Virus record (IMG/VR): IMGVR_UViG_3300032253_000229
Location: 1-37,417 of that record
DNA length: 37,417 nt
Strand: one strand, 5' to 3'
From: a virus
Taxonomy: Duplodnaviria; Caudoviricetes
Numbering within the stretch: position 1 is the stretch's first letter; each line of letters opens with the position of its first letter. The translations under genes and the position numbers were made by a program. The notes under the pieces were generated by a model, which saw only the letters and a program-made list of their open reading frames with translations, was not told where the DNA came from and searched no databases. Positions 26,916 through 33,721 of this stretch are shown in pieces.

Positions 26916-27305
26916 CTATTGCGCCGGAATTACGGACAGAGGTTTGTTGACGATATCAAGAACGCCCTTGGTTATCGTATCAATGACAGCAGGGGCGATC
27001 TTGGTGGAATCATTAGAGACAGCCTGCTCCACCGCGCCCCGTATCTCCTGACCGGTAAACGCCTTCACGCCGCTGGCAGAATAGCTGACTTTTAATCCGT
27101 CCGGCGTTTCGACATTCAGGTTTACTGTTTCCTGCTCTTTACCCCCGATAATCAGGGCAGAGGTGGGTTTGCCATTCTTGTCGAATTCGATTTCGGCTTT
27201 GTTGATGCCGGAATAGCCTTGCGGATTCCAAGGCACCGCACCGGCGCAAGCCGTCACAAAACTCAACAGTAAAAACAGCACACCAATTTTAACAAACTTA
27301 ATCAT
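26916..27305 (-). CDS. Predicted lipoprotein in the lysis module (possible spanin-like)
   Basis: ATG at 27305 with GGAG RBS; signal peptide MIKFVKIGVLFLLLSF plus lipobox VTAC. Confidence 0.7.
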   Translation of the reverse strand: MIKFVKIGVLFLLLSFVTACAGAVPWNPQGYSGINKAEIEFDKNGKPTSALIIGGKEQETVNLNVETPDGLKVSYSASGVKAFTGQEIRGAVEQAVSNDSTKIAPAVIDTITKGVLDIVNKPLSVIPAQ

Positions 27306-27858
27306 TTGGTAGCTCCATAAGAGGAAGTTGATAGGCGCGGTTAAGCCAACCGGCCTCGAATGATCTGGATTTAAGGGCCCGGAAATATCCGGCTCCTTCA
27401 CACATCAAAGCGATCATCAGATATGCGGGCTTGGTGGAATTGACAGCAGCAATGGTTTTTGATCCCATAACGCCATCTTCTTTCAAGGATAGACCGCAGG
27501 CGCGCAGTGCACGTTGCACAATGCGGCCCGCACCGGAAGGTCCGACCGGAAAGTGGTAGTCATAAATTTTGATAGCAATGGCAGGCTCGGCGATCTCGTC
27601 AATGCGCCATTTGAAGTACAATCGCTCGTAATGCCTGTCCGCCTGATCTGGCGTCATCTGGCGGATGTCAGTTGCGGTTACAGCCCCATCGAGATTGAAA
27701 TCAAACTCGTCATAACCGTCCCCGTCGATATCGCCCACGGAAGCGGCATAGCGTAGCGAGATACCAAAGTTGGTGACGCCCCCCGGATCATCCGGATGGT
27801 CAACAAGGCCCCCTTCGGTGCTGCGGACATATGAAATTGCCCGTGCCATTTTACTCAT
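27298..27858 (-). CDS. Endolysin, glycoside hydrolase family 108 with C-terminal PG-binding region
   Basis: EGGLVDHPDDPGGVTNFGIS; QRAL...DGVMGSKT; FEAGWLNRA. Confidence 0.9.
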   Translation of the reverse strand: MSKMARAISYVRSTEGGLVDHPDDPGGVTNFGISLRYAASVGDIDGDGYDEFDFNLDGAVTATDIRQMTPDQADRHYERLYFKWRIDEIAEPAIAIKIYDYHFPVGPSGAGRIVQRALRACGLSLKEDGVMGSKTIAAVNSTKPAYLMIALMCEGAGYFRALKSRSFEAGWLNRAYQLPLMELPND

Positions 27859-27896
27859 GAAAAAAGCCCCTTTTACAGGCCGTTAAATAGGCCTAT

Positions 27897-27943
27897 AAGG
27901 TAGGGGCTTCTGCTATGGGTTAATGCCCGGAACTACTTCCGGT
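27897..27943 (-). promoter_or_regulatory. Activator-dependent late promoter (P_lys-like) with CCGGAA-N4-TTCCGG box
   Basis: AATGCCCGGAACTACTTCCGGT (27922-27943); candidate -10 TACCTT at the same 19-nt spacing as at 20021. Confidence 0.65.
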
Positions 27944-28158
27944 TACTGCGATAAACGCTTTATTAATTCGGGCCAGACCTGTTGTCTTTCCTCACATATT
28001 TCCAGAAGTTCCTTTTGAACGCTATCTGGAACGGCGTTATCTCCAGACACCCATCGGCGGATGGTCCGGCTGTTCACTCCGAGCTCCTCCGCCATCGCGG
28101 TCTGCCAGCGATCCCCAAAAAGACTTTCGCCGACCAGACAAAAAAGATCCGGATCCAT
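27943..28158 (-). CDS. Small HTH transcriptional regulator (moron)
   Basis: LFGDRWQTAMAEELGVNSRTIRRWVSG; ATG 28158 with GAGGAG RBS. Confidence 0.8.
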   Translation of the reverse strand: MDPDLFCLVGESLFGDRWQTAMAEELGVNSRTIRRWVSGDNAVPDSVQKELLEICEERQQVWPELIKRLSQ

Positions 28159-28162
28159 GCCT

Positions 28163-28489
28163 CTACTCCTCACTTAAAATATCAGAAACAATGTCGTCGG
28201 CTTGTGTCGCGATATTGACAAGATAGGTGTCAATGGCATCAAGTCCGGTTGTACAAACCTTCCTGATTGTCTCGGTAGAAGGTTCATCGCCTTCAAAAAC
28301 AAATTCCCAAAAACACATATTTTCTTCAGGATCAGGCTGGATATCTGAAAAAACAAAACCGCCAGCCCCACCTGTCTCACGTCCCCATTTGGCCCGAAAA
28401 ACGGGCACCTGCATGTGGAAAATGTAACCTTGAGCGGTATACGGGTCTTCCCCAACTATCCAGCGGCAGGGCGGGGTGATTTCTGACAT
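28163..28489 (-). CDS. Hypothetical protein (moron)
   Basis: 108 aa ORF with AAGGA RBS, tightly coupled to the HTH gene. Confidence 0.6.
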   Translation of the reverse strand: MSEITPPCRWIVGEDPYTAQGYIFHMQVPVFRAKWGRETGGAGGFVFSDIQPDPEENMCFWEFVFEGDEPSTETIRKVCTTGLDAIDTYLVNIATQADDIVSDILSEE

Positions 28490-28509
28490 CGGCTTTCCTT
28501 AGAATAAAA

Positions 28510-28527
28510 GGCGGGGTTGCCCCCGCC
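28510..28527 (-). terminator. GC hairpin / possible terminator within the moron
   Basis: GGCGGGG-GCAA-CCCCGCC followed by TTTT on the minus strand. Confidence 0.5.
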
Positions 28528-28534
28528 AGTTTCG

Positions 28535-28897
28535 TTAAATTGAAATTTCTTCGGCTTGTTCTGGATAATATAAGTCTTCAACATCTCCAACAAAAATCCC
28601 ATAAACAACTTCGGTTGGGGAGACCCAGTAAGTCTCTACACCGGGGTGAGTGTGAGCCACATAGACTTGATCCATGTTGAAAGGCAAAATCATTTCAGGG
28701 GTTGGTTCATCATTTGTTTTGATCCAGCAATCGCTTGTCCGCAGTTTGATCAAATATACCTTTTCGCCCTCTTCCAGATCATAGGTTGGCAATAAAGCTG
28801 CAATCATATCTTCTTTTGAGGTAGCCGCCTCAATTACCGCATCTTCTTCAATGTGGTCATAATCTACAACGTCATGTGTAAAGTAAAAATTTGTCAT
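28535..28897 (-). CDS. Acidic hypothetical protein (moron)
   Basis: 120 aa, Asp/Glu-rich, AGGAGG RBS, first gene after its own promoter. Confidence 0.65.
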   Translation of the reverse strand: MTNFYFTHDVVDYDHIEEDAVIEAATSKEDMIAALLPTYDLEEGEKVYLIKLRTSDCWIKTNDEPTPEMILPFNMDQVYVAHTHPGVETYWVSPTEVVYGIFVGDVEDLYYPEQAEEISI

Positions 28898-28953
28898 TTT
28901 AATCGGGCCTCCTTGCCCTGTATGCTGGGGCTTATCCCCTTGCCTATGCCCTA

Positions 28954-28982
28954 AATTTAGGACATTGCGCCTATATTGTCAA
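28954..28982 (-). promoter_or_regulatory. Sigma70 promoter of the moron with palindromic operator
   Basis: TTGACA-17 bp-TAAATT; imperfect palindrome TAGGCGCAATGTCCTA across the spacer and perfect CCTAAATTTAGG over the -10. Confidence 0.75.
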
Positions 28983-29000
28983 CAGCTTTTTTTATAAATC

Positions 29001-29366
29001 TTAAAATAATTTTTTTTGATCCGGATCATCCTCCGATCCGTTCACAAGATAGCGTATCCATCGTGTCGTCAGCTGGAACTTGCGGGCGGCTTTCTTTTTG
29101 GACAGACCTTGCTCCACGGCTTCCCGAATTTCGGCATTGCGCTTTCCGAGATGAACGCCCACGGCTCGTGGGATTTCGATGCGGTCCCCGATGGCCCACT
29201 CCGCCAGCTTGGTTGCTGCCTCCAAACCGATACAGACGGCAATAGGATGATCCGCCGTCATGTTTTTCGGAATGTAGATTTCGGTGCCGCCAAAGTCCCT
29301 TGCCAGCTGGATAGCTGGAACGACACCAATAATTTCCGCAATTTCTTTCAAACTTTCAGGTAGCAT
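29001..29366 (-). CDS. Mor/C-family late transcription activator
   Basis: LPESL.EIAEIIG, FGGTEIYIP, RNAEI, C-terminal HTH (AARKFQLTTRWIRYL). Confidence 0.85.
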   Translation of the reverse strand: MLPESLKEIAEIIGVVPAIQLARDFGGTEIYIPKNMTADHPIAVCIGLEAATKLAEWAIGDRIEIPRAVGVHLGKRNAEIREAVEQGLSKKKAARKFQLTTRWIRYLVNGSEDDPDQKKLF

Positions 29367-29376
29367 GGTGACCTCT

Positions 29377-29622
29377 TCAAATTTTAAATCGGAAAACCCG
29401 GTGCATACAGGCGGTTAATCCGGCTTCGCGCCTACGCCATATAAATTTTAAAGTGACCGATCCTTTTTTGGTTCGGTATCCGCGCGCACTTTTATTGAGC
29501 TTGAAGCCGCTAACAGTCAGCGAGTTGTGAAACGATAACAGCTCCTCATCTGCTTCGATCAACGGCAGGGCCGGAATGGGCTTGAAGTGATGGCCGGGTT
29601 TGACAAGTGCAATTTCAAGCAT
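29377..29622 (-). CDS. Hypothetical protein
   Basis: 81 aa ORF translationally coupled to the GemA-like gene. Confidence 0.5.
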   Translation of the reverse strand: MLEIALVKPGHHFKPIPALPLIEADEELLSFHNSLTVSGFKLNKSARGYRTKKGSVTLKFIWRRREAGLTACMHRVFRFKI

Positions 29623-30071
29623 CAGCGCACCTTAATTCCGTGCCGGGAGCACATGGATTTAAGAGCCTCAATTATCGGACTGGCATCAGATGGCGTTAGC
29701 CATTCGATCTGTTTTAAACTATCCAATTTCCGATCATTGGAAATCATATTGTTGATAAAAACCAGCAGAGCTGCTTTGTCGTTTTTTGCTTCGATATACC
29801 CGCCCTTTTTCAATAGACCCCATAACTTCCAAATCTTGCGGACATGAGCATGGGCTGATGGCTTAAAGCTGGATTTCTGCATTGCTGGCAACTTTTCCTG
29901 TAGTGCATCTGCAACCAGCTCCATTTCCGCATCACAGCAATTTCCAAGACTGGATTTTCCTGTTAGCTGATATATGACAGCTTCATGATCTTCTCGCTCC
30001 ATCTTCAACGTTTTTTCCATTTTTCGGATACGTTTGTTGAGCCCTATCCAGACGGCAGAACGTTTGCTCAT
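29622..30071 (-). CDS. gemA: GemA / Mu gp16 family protein (DUF1018)
   Basis: TGKSS, RKIWKLWGLL, WLT...AS.IIEALKSM. Confidence 0.8.
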   Translation of the reverse strand: MSKRSAVWIGLNKRIRKMEKTLKMEREDHEAVIYQLTGKSSLGNCCDAEMELVADALQEKLPAMQKSSFKPSAHAHVRKIWKLWGLLKKGGYIEAKNDKAALLVFINNMISNDRKLDSLKQIEWLTPSDASPIIEALKSMCSRHGIKVR

Positions 30072-30403
30072 TGCAGCCGCTCCCCATTGACCGTTTTTTG
30101 AAGCTGTTTCATGGCGTCGGGCAGAGCCGGAGCTACATGCTCGTTCACATCATTAAAGATGGCGGCCATGTCATGCCACGACAGACCAGCAGAGCGACCA
30201 CAAGTAAGGGCAGAACGGACCAGATGTTCAGCATCCTCTTTCGATGGTAGGGCAGCGGCGCTATGGGGTAGCAAAGGCAGAACCGTATGGATTGTGCTTG
30301 ATAGCCGTAACTGGACCGCACGGCCCCGGTGTTTGCCATATGCGGTGGCCGCCATAGCCAGCTCCAGACATAGTCTTGATGTGTGATCACAATGGGCCAT
30401 CAT
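30068..30403 (-). CDS. Hypothetical protein
   Basis: ORF with overlapping start/stop junctions in the early-middle operon. Confidence 0.5.
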   Translation of the reverse strand: MMAHCDHTSRLCLELAMAATAYGKHRGRAVQLRLSSTIHTVLPLLPHSAAALPSKEDAEHLVRSALTCGRSAGLSWHDMAAIFNDVNEHVAPALPDAMKQLQKTVNGERLQ

Positions 30404-30597
30404 GCTGCCCTCACTGAGTTGTAGACCTGCTTTGTGGTCTTGATAACTTCGGCTCCGTATTTGGCGACAAGGGCCTCGTCTTGACCATCAGAAATCAGGT
30501 CTGCCAGTGTGCATTCCCCGGATGTTTTCCAGAGAACACGCATGGCAGATTCAGACAGGTCGTGGCGAATTTCAGATGATGATAGAATTGCGGTCAT
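30400..30597 (-). CDS. Hypothetical protein
   Basis: 65 aa, GGAGGG RBS. Confidence 0.55.
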   Translation of the reverse strand: MTAILSSSEIRHDLSESAMRVLWKTSGECTLADLISDGQDEALVAKYGAEVIKTTKQVYNSVRAA

Positions 30598-30606
30598 AAT
30601 ACCCTC

Positions 30607-31224
30607 CTAGGCAGCGGCTAAATCAATGGTGATGTTCTCCCACTTGGCCTCCACATTGGCCCGCCGGTAGATGCGCACATAGGATTTGGAGCCGGTGATG
30701 CGGATGCTGTCGTTAATGGCCTGAACGGCCTGTTTCCATCTCTCGTCATCGATGTCGATGCGCCGCAATGAAAACAGGGCTTCACGGTTGACCTGACCGG
30801 GCTTGTCCACGTTAAAAGCATGATTAACGAGGGCTTGAATTTCGGCTTTGCTGCCGGTGGCCCAGTCAGTGATACATTCGTCAATCAGGTCCTTGGCAAT
30901 CTTGAGCTCGGGGCCAAACTCCATATGATCCTGTATCTGGATTTTGACACGCAACAAACCGTCAAATGACGTGAAGGTCATGTTGCCTTTGTTGCCTCCC
31001 TTCTTGACGCTATATTGCTCGCGCAGCAGATCAACCAGAGCGCCCACATCATCGAATGTGTGGACCTTGAAGCGGGTGATTTGATCGGATAAGTCTTCTG
31101 CAAAGTCACAAATTTTATTGACCATCTGATGCTCGAGTTTGTCTTGCGGGCGGATCGTATCAATCGGGCAGAACCGGCCTTTAGCGTCAACGAGGCAGTT
31201 TTCTGGAACATTGTTTTCAGTCAT
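30607..31224 (-). CDS. DUF3164 family protein of Mu-like phages
   Basis: DAKGR..P, GGNKGNMTFTSFDG, FGPELKIAKDLIDEC, W..A..AI.DS, SKSYVRIY. Confidence 0.85.
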   Translation of the reverse strand: MTENNVPENCLVDAKGRFCPIDTIRPQDKLEHQMVNKICDFAEDLSDQITRFKVHTFDDVGALVDLLREQYSVKKGGNKGNMTFTSFDGLLRVKIQIQDHMEFGPELKIAKDLIDECITDWATGSKAEIQALVNHAFNVDKPGQVNREALFSLRRIDIDDERWKQAVQAINDSIRITGSKSYVRIYRRANVEAKWENITIDLAAA

Positions 31225-31559
31225 ATGGCTATCTTTCGTGTTTGAGTGAGATGCTGGAAGCGGGACAGGGTCTGGCCGTATCGCGCGAAGGTCCGCGCGT
31301 CCTTATGGCAATAATCCTCGACCTTCTGAATGGCGTGGCGAACGGTGGAATGATCCCGACCACCGAACAGTTTGCCGATTTGCTCCAGAGACATGTTGGT
31401 CTCGTCATACAAGACCTTCATGGCCACGGCTCTGGGGTAGACAATTTCAAGGCGGCGGTCAGGGGAGTCGATTAGATTGACCGGAATATTGAACGCCTTG
31501 GCAGCAATCATTTTCACCACCTGGGATTTTGCCGCTTTATTGATAATAAGTTCAGGCAT
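31221..31559 (-). CDS. Stand-alone DnaA C-terminal (domain IV)-like DNA-binding protein
   Basis: IVYPRAVAM...SLEQIGKLFGGRDHSTVRHAIQKV matches the DnaA domain IV signature. Confidence 0.85.
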   Translation of the reverse strand: MPELIINKAAKSQVVKMIAAKAFNIPVNLIDSPDRRLEIVYPRAVAMKVLYDETNMSLEQIGKLFGGRDHSTVRHAIQKVEDYCHKDARTFARYGQTLSRFQHLTQTRKIAI

Positions 31560-31711
31560 CAGAACCCCCTCAAAAGTTCGCTGTAGACAGCGAGTGAGAA
31601 AAACAGGCCCTGCAATCCGATAAAAAAGAAAGCGAGGATTTCACGGCCTAATGTGCCAACACACAAGGCCAGAAAAGCAAAGATAAACGGGCGATCAGCT
31701 AACCAGATCAT
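31559..31711 (-). CDS. Small membrane protein
   Basis: ATG 31711 with GGAGGTG RBS; two hydrophobic segments in 50 aa. Confidence 0.55.
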   Translation of the reverse strand: MIWLADRPFIFAFLALCVGTLGREILAFFFIGLQGLFFSLAVYSELLRGF

Positions 31712-31955
31712 AGTCACCTCCATTGGTGGATTTGCGGGGGAAATGGACAATATTGCCGTTGCCGGTATCGAGCACTTGCCGCGACAGCGGCACCGCCCGG
31801 CCTTCAAGGGCAGTGGCATCTTTTGAGGCTTGATCGAAGATCGTGATAATCTGGTTGACTGCAGATGCTGACAGCATCACCTGTTCGCCGTCTTTCAAAC
31901 CCATCTTGAGGGTCTCGAAATACATGGCACAATTTTTCATATTTTGTGAAAGCAT
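31695..31955 (-). CDS. Hypothetical protein
   Basis: ATG 31955 with AGGAG RBS; ends with phage-typical NIVHFP motif. Confidence 0.55.
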   Translation of the reverse strand: MLSQNMKNCAMYFETLKMGLKDGEQVMLSASAVNQIITIFDQASKDATALEGRAVPLSRQVLDTGNGNIVHFPRKSTNGGDYDLVS

Positions 31956-31965
31956 GACTATTCTC

Positions 31966-32331
31966 CTAGCTGATCTGGCTGTGGGGGCAGGTGTTGTGAC
32001 AGGCTTTAAACACGGAAATCCGCATACTATTGGCTGTCGAAAATGGCTTCTTCTGATTGGCGAGACATTCATGTTTTGCCAACTCTCCAAGGACCGGGCA
32101 GAGAACCGTTTCTTTCATAAATGCGCCTCTCACAGCCTGTTCAATGGTCTTTAAATCCCCCTTATATGTTCGGCTCAAAACAAGGCTGACAGTAGCGCCG
32201 GAATATCCGATCAATTTACTGACCTTGTTCTGGCTGGCATGGTCACAGGCTTTGGCAAGCTCGATGATCCATTTCGGTGCATCATCCCCCCAGACTTGCT
32301 GGGCTTTTGTGAGTGAAGGAACCGTGTTCAT
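31966..32331 (-). CDS. HTH regulator with C-terminal Cys cluster (Mu-like early gene)
   Basis: SQNKVSKLIGYSGATVSLVL HTH; CPVLGE..C, C..CPH. Confidence 0.7.
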   Translation of the reverse strand: MNTVPSLTKAQQVWGDDAPKWIIELAKACDHASQNKVSKLIGYSGATVSLVLSRTYKGDLKTIEQAVRGAFMKETVLCPVLGELAKHECLANQKKPFSTANSMRISVFKACHNTCPHSQIS

Positions 32332-32930
32332 TTTGCACCGCCTTTCACTGGAAGGGGCCAGACAACCTTACCGATGTTCGGGTCATAGACCTGTTTTACC
32401 CGCTGTATTTGCAGCGGCTTGGCCCCATATTTTGAACGATCAGCAACCTTTGAATAAACGGCCTGTTTGCCCGGCTTTGACGTTTTGACAAGGCGCAAGT
32501 AACCGGCTTTATGAAGGTGCTTGATATAGTCTTTAGCCGCATTAACATGAACCTCGACCGCTGTTGTGCTGGCATGGACGGACAAGTCTAACGGCGTAAA
32601 ACTGGCCATCATTTTGATGCTCCGCCACATCTGCGCGGTGCCGGTACCTTGAGTGACCTCGGTGCCGTCTTTGCGAAGACGCGGTGTATCCAGATTTTTT
32701 CTGATAACCGTATAGGTATTGATGACAGCGACGCCTCGACCCAATTCACGTTTGACGCTGACATATCCGGCTTTTTCAAGGCCCAACAGATAGCTTGAAA
32801 TTGTGCTTCGTTCGAATGACGTCGCCCCGGAAATTTCCTTGATAGAAAAGGTGCCAAGCTTCATCATCATTTGCCACATGCCATCGCGGCTGTGACGCGG
32901 TCCACGTTTGTCGATTGGTTGAATTGGCAT
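32328..32930 (-). CDS. Tandem winged-helix DNA-binding protein (Mu-like early gene)
   Basis: Two repeats of MW..M....F.../Y...L.KAGY; VYDPN C-terminus; follows MuB. Confidence 0.7.
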   Translation of the reverse strand: MPIQPIDKRGPRHSRDGMWQMMMKLGTFSIKEISGATSFERSTISSYLLGLEKAGYVSVKRELGRGVAVINTYTVIRKNLDTPRLRKDGTEVTQGTGTAQMWRSIKMMASFTPLDLSVHASTTAVEVHVNAAKDYIKHLHKAGYLRLVKTSKPGKQAVYSKVADRSKYGAKPLQIQRVKQVYDPNIGKVVWPLPVKGGAK

Positions 32931-33658
32931 TAGAAGCGCCTCCCGGCAGGGGATGCCCCAGTGAACCAGCTAAAATCGATGTCAGACATGCCAAATTCGG
33001 TAAGGCCAAGACGCTTTGCGGCCTCTCGCACCTGCTCGAGGTTCGTGCAGATCCGGCGCGCCCGATGTCCGGACGCTTCGGTCAAGACCTTCAAGACATC
33101 TTCTGAAATTGAAAGTTCTGGACAATATTTTCCCGCAAGCAATCGGGTGTCATTGATAGACGCTGGCTGCGCGCCCACCCATTGACTGATCCGGTTATGA
33201 AATCGCTCCCATCGCTTCAATTTGTTGGGTAGAAGTTCCTCGCCAATCAGAATAATGGCCGCGCCGGTCTGGTCATGTAGATAGCGGACAAGTTCAATTT
33301 TCTTGTCAGTATCCATATGGTCAAATTCATCGATTATCAGAGGCCGATTGGTCATCGCCAAACGCTCGACGATGGCATCAATTTTGTCTGGAATAGCCCC
33401 CCGGATCATTGGACCTGTCTCCTGAAGCAAGGCATCGCAGAACCGTTTAACGGTCCAAAAAGCCCCTACTTCAAGATAAAATGCCTTATACTGATTGGCT
33501 GCAAACTGCGCCGAAAATGTCTTTCCGAAGCCGGACGGCCCATATAAAACCGCCATTCCGGGAAGGTGCGCCGGTCGGTTCACCACCTTGTCCACCATCT
33601 CGGTTATCAGCATCACGTTATTCAGTGGTGCAATTTTTGTTAAATCTGTCATACTCAA
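32930..33658 (-). CDS. MuB-like transposition AAA+ ATPase
   Basis: Walker A GPSGFGKT, Walker B LIIDEFD, LIGEE, RFHNRI; follows the transposase. ATG at 33652 is an alternative start. Confidence 0.9.
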   Translation of the reverse strand: MSMTDLTKIAPLNNVMLITEMVDKVVNRPAHLPGMAVLYGPSGFGKTFSAQFAANQYKAFYLEVGAFWTVKRFCDALLQETGPMIRGAIPDKIDAIVERLAMTNRPLIIDEFDHMDTDKKIELVRYLHDQTGAAIILIGEELLPNKLKRWERFHNRISQWVGAQPASINDTRLLAGKYCPELSISEDVLKVLTEASGHRARRICTNLEQVREAAKRLGLTEFGMSDIDFSWFTGASPAGRRF

Positions 33659-33721
33659 GACGCCTTTTTCTGCTTGTTAAAGGTAACTACAAACTGGACG
33701 GTGCGGCTGCTACCGCGCCGT

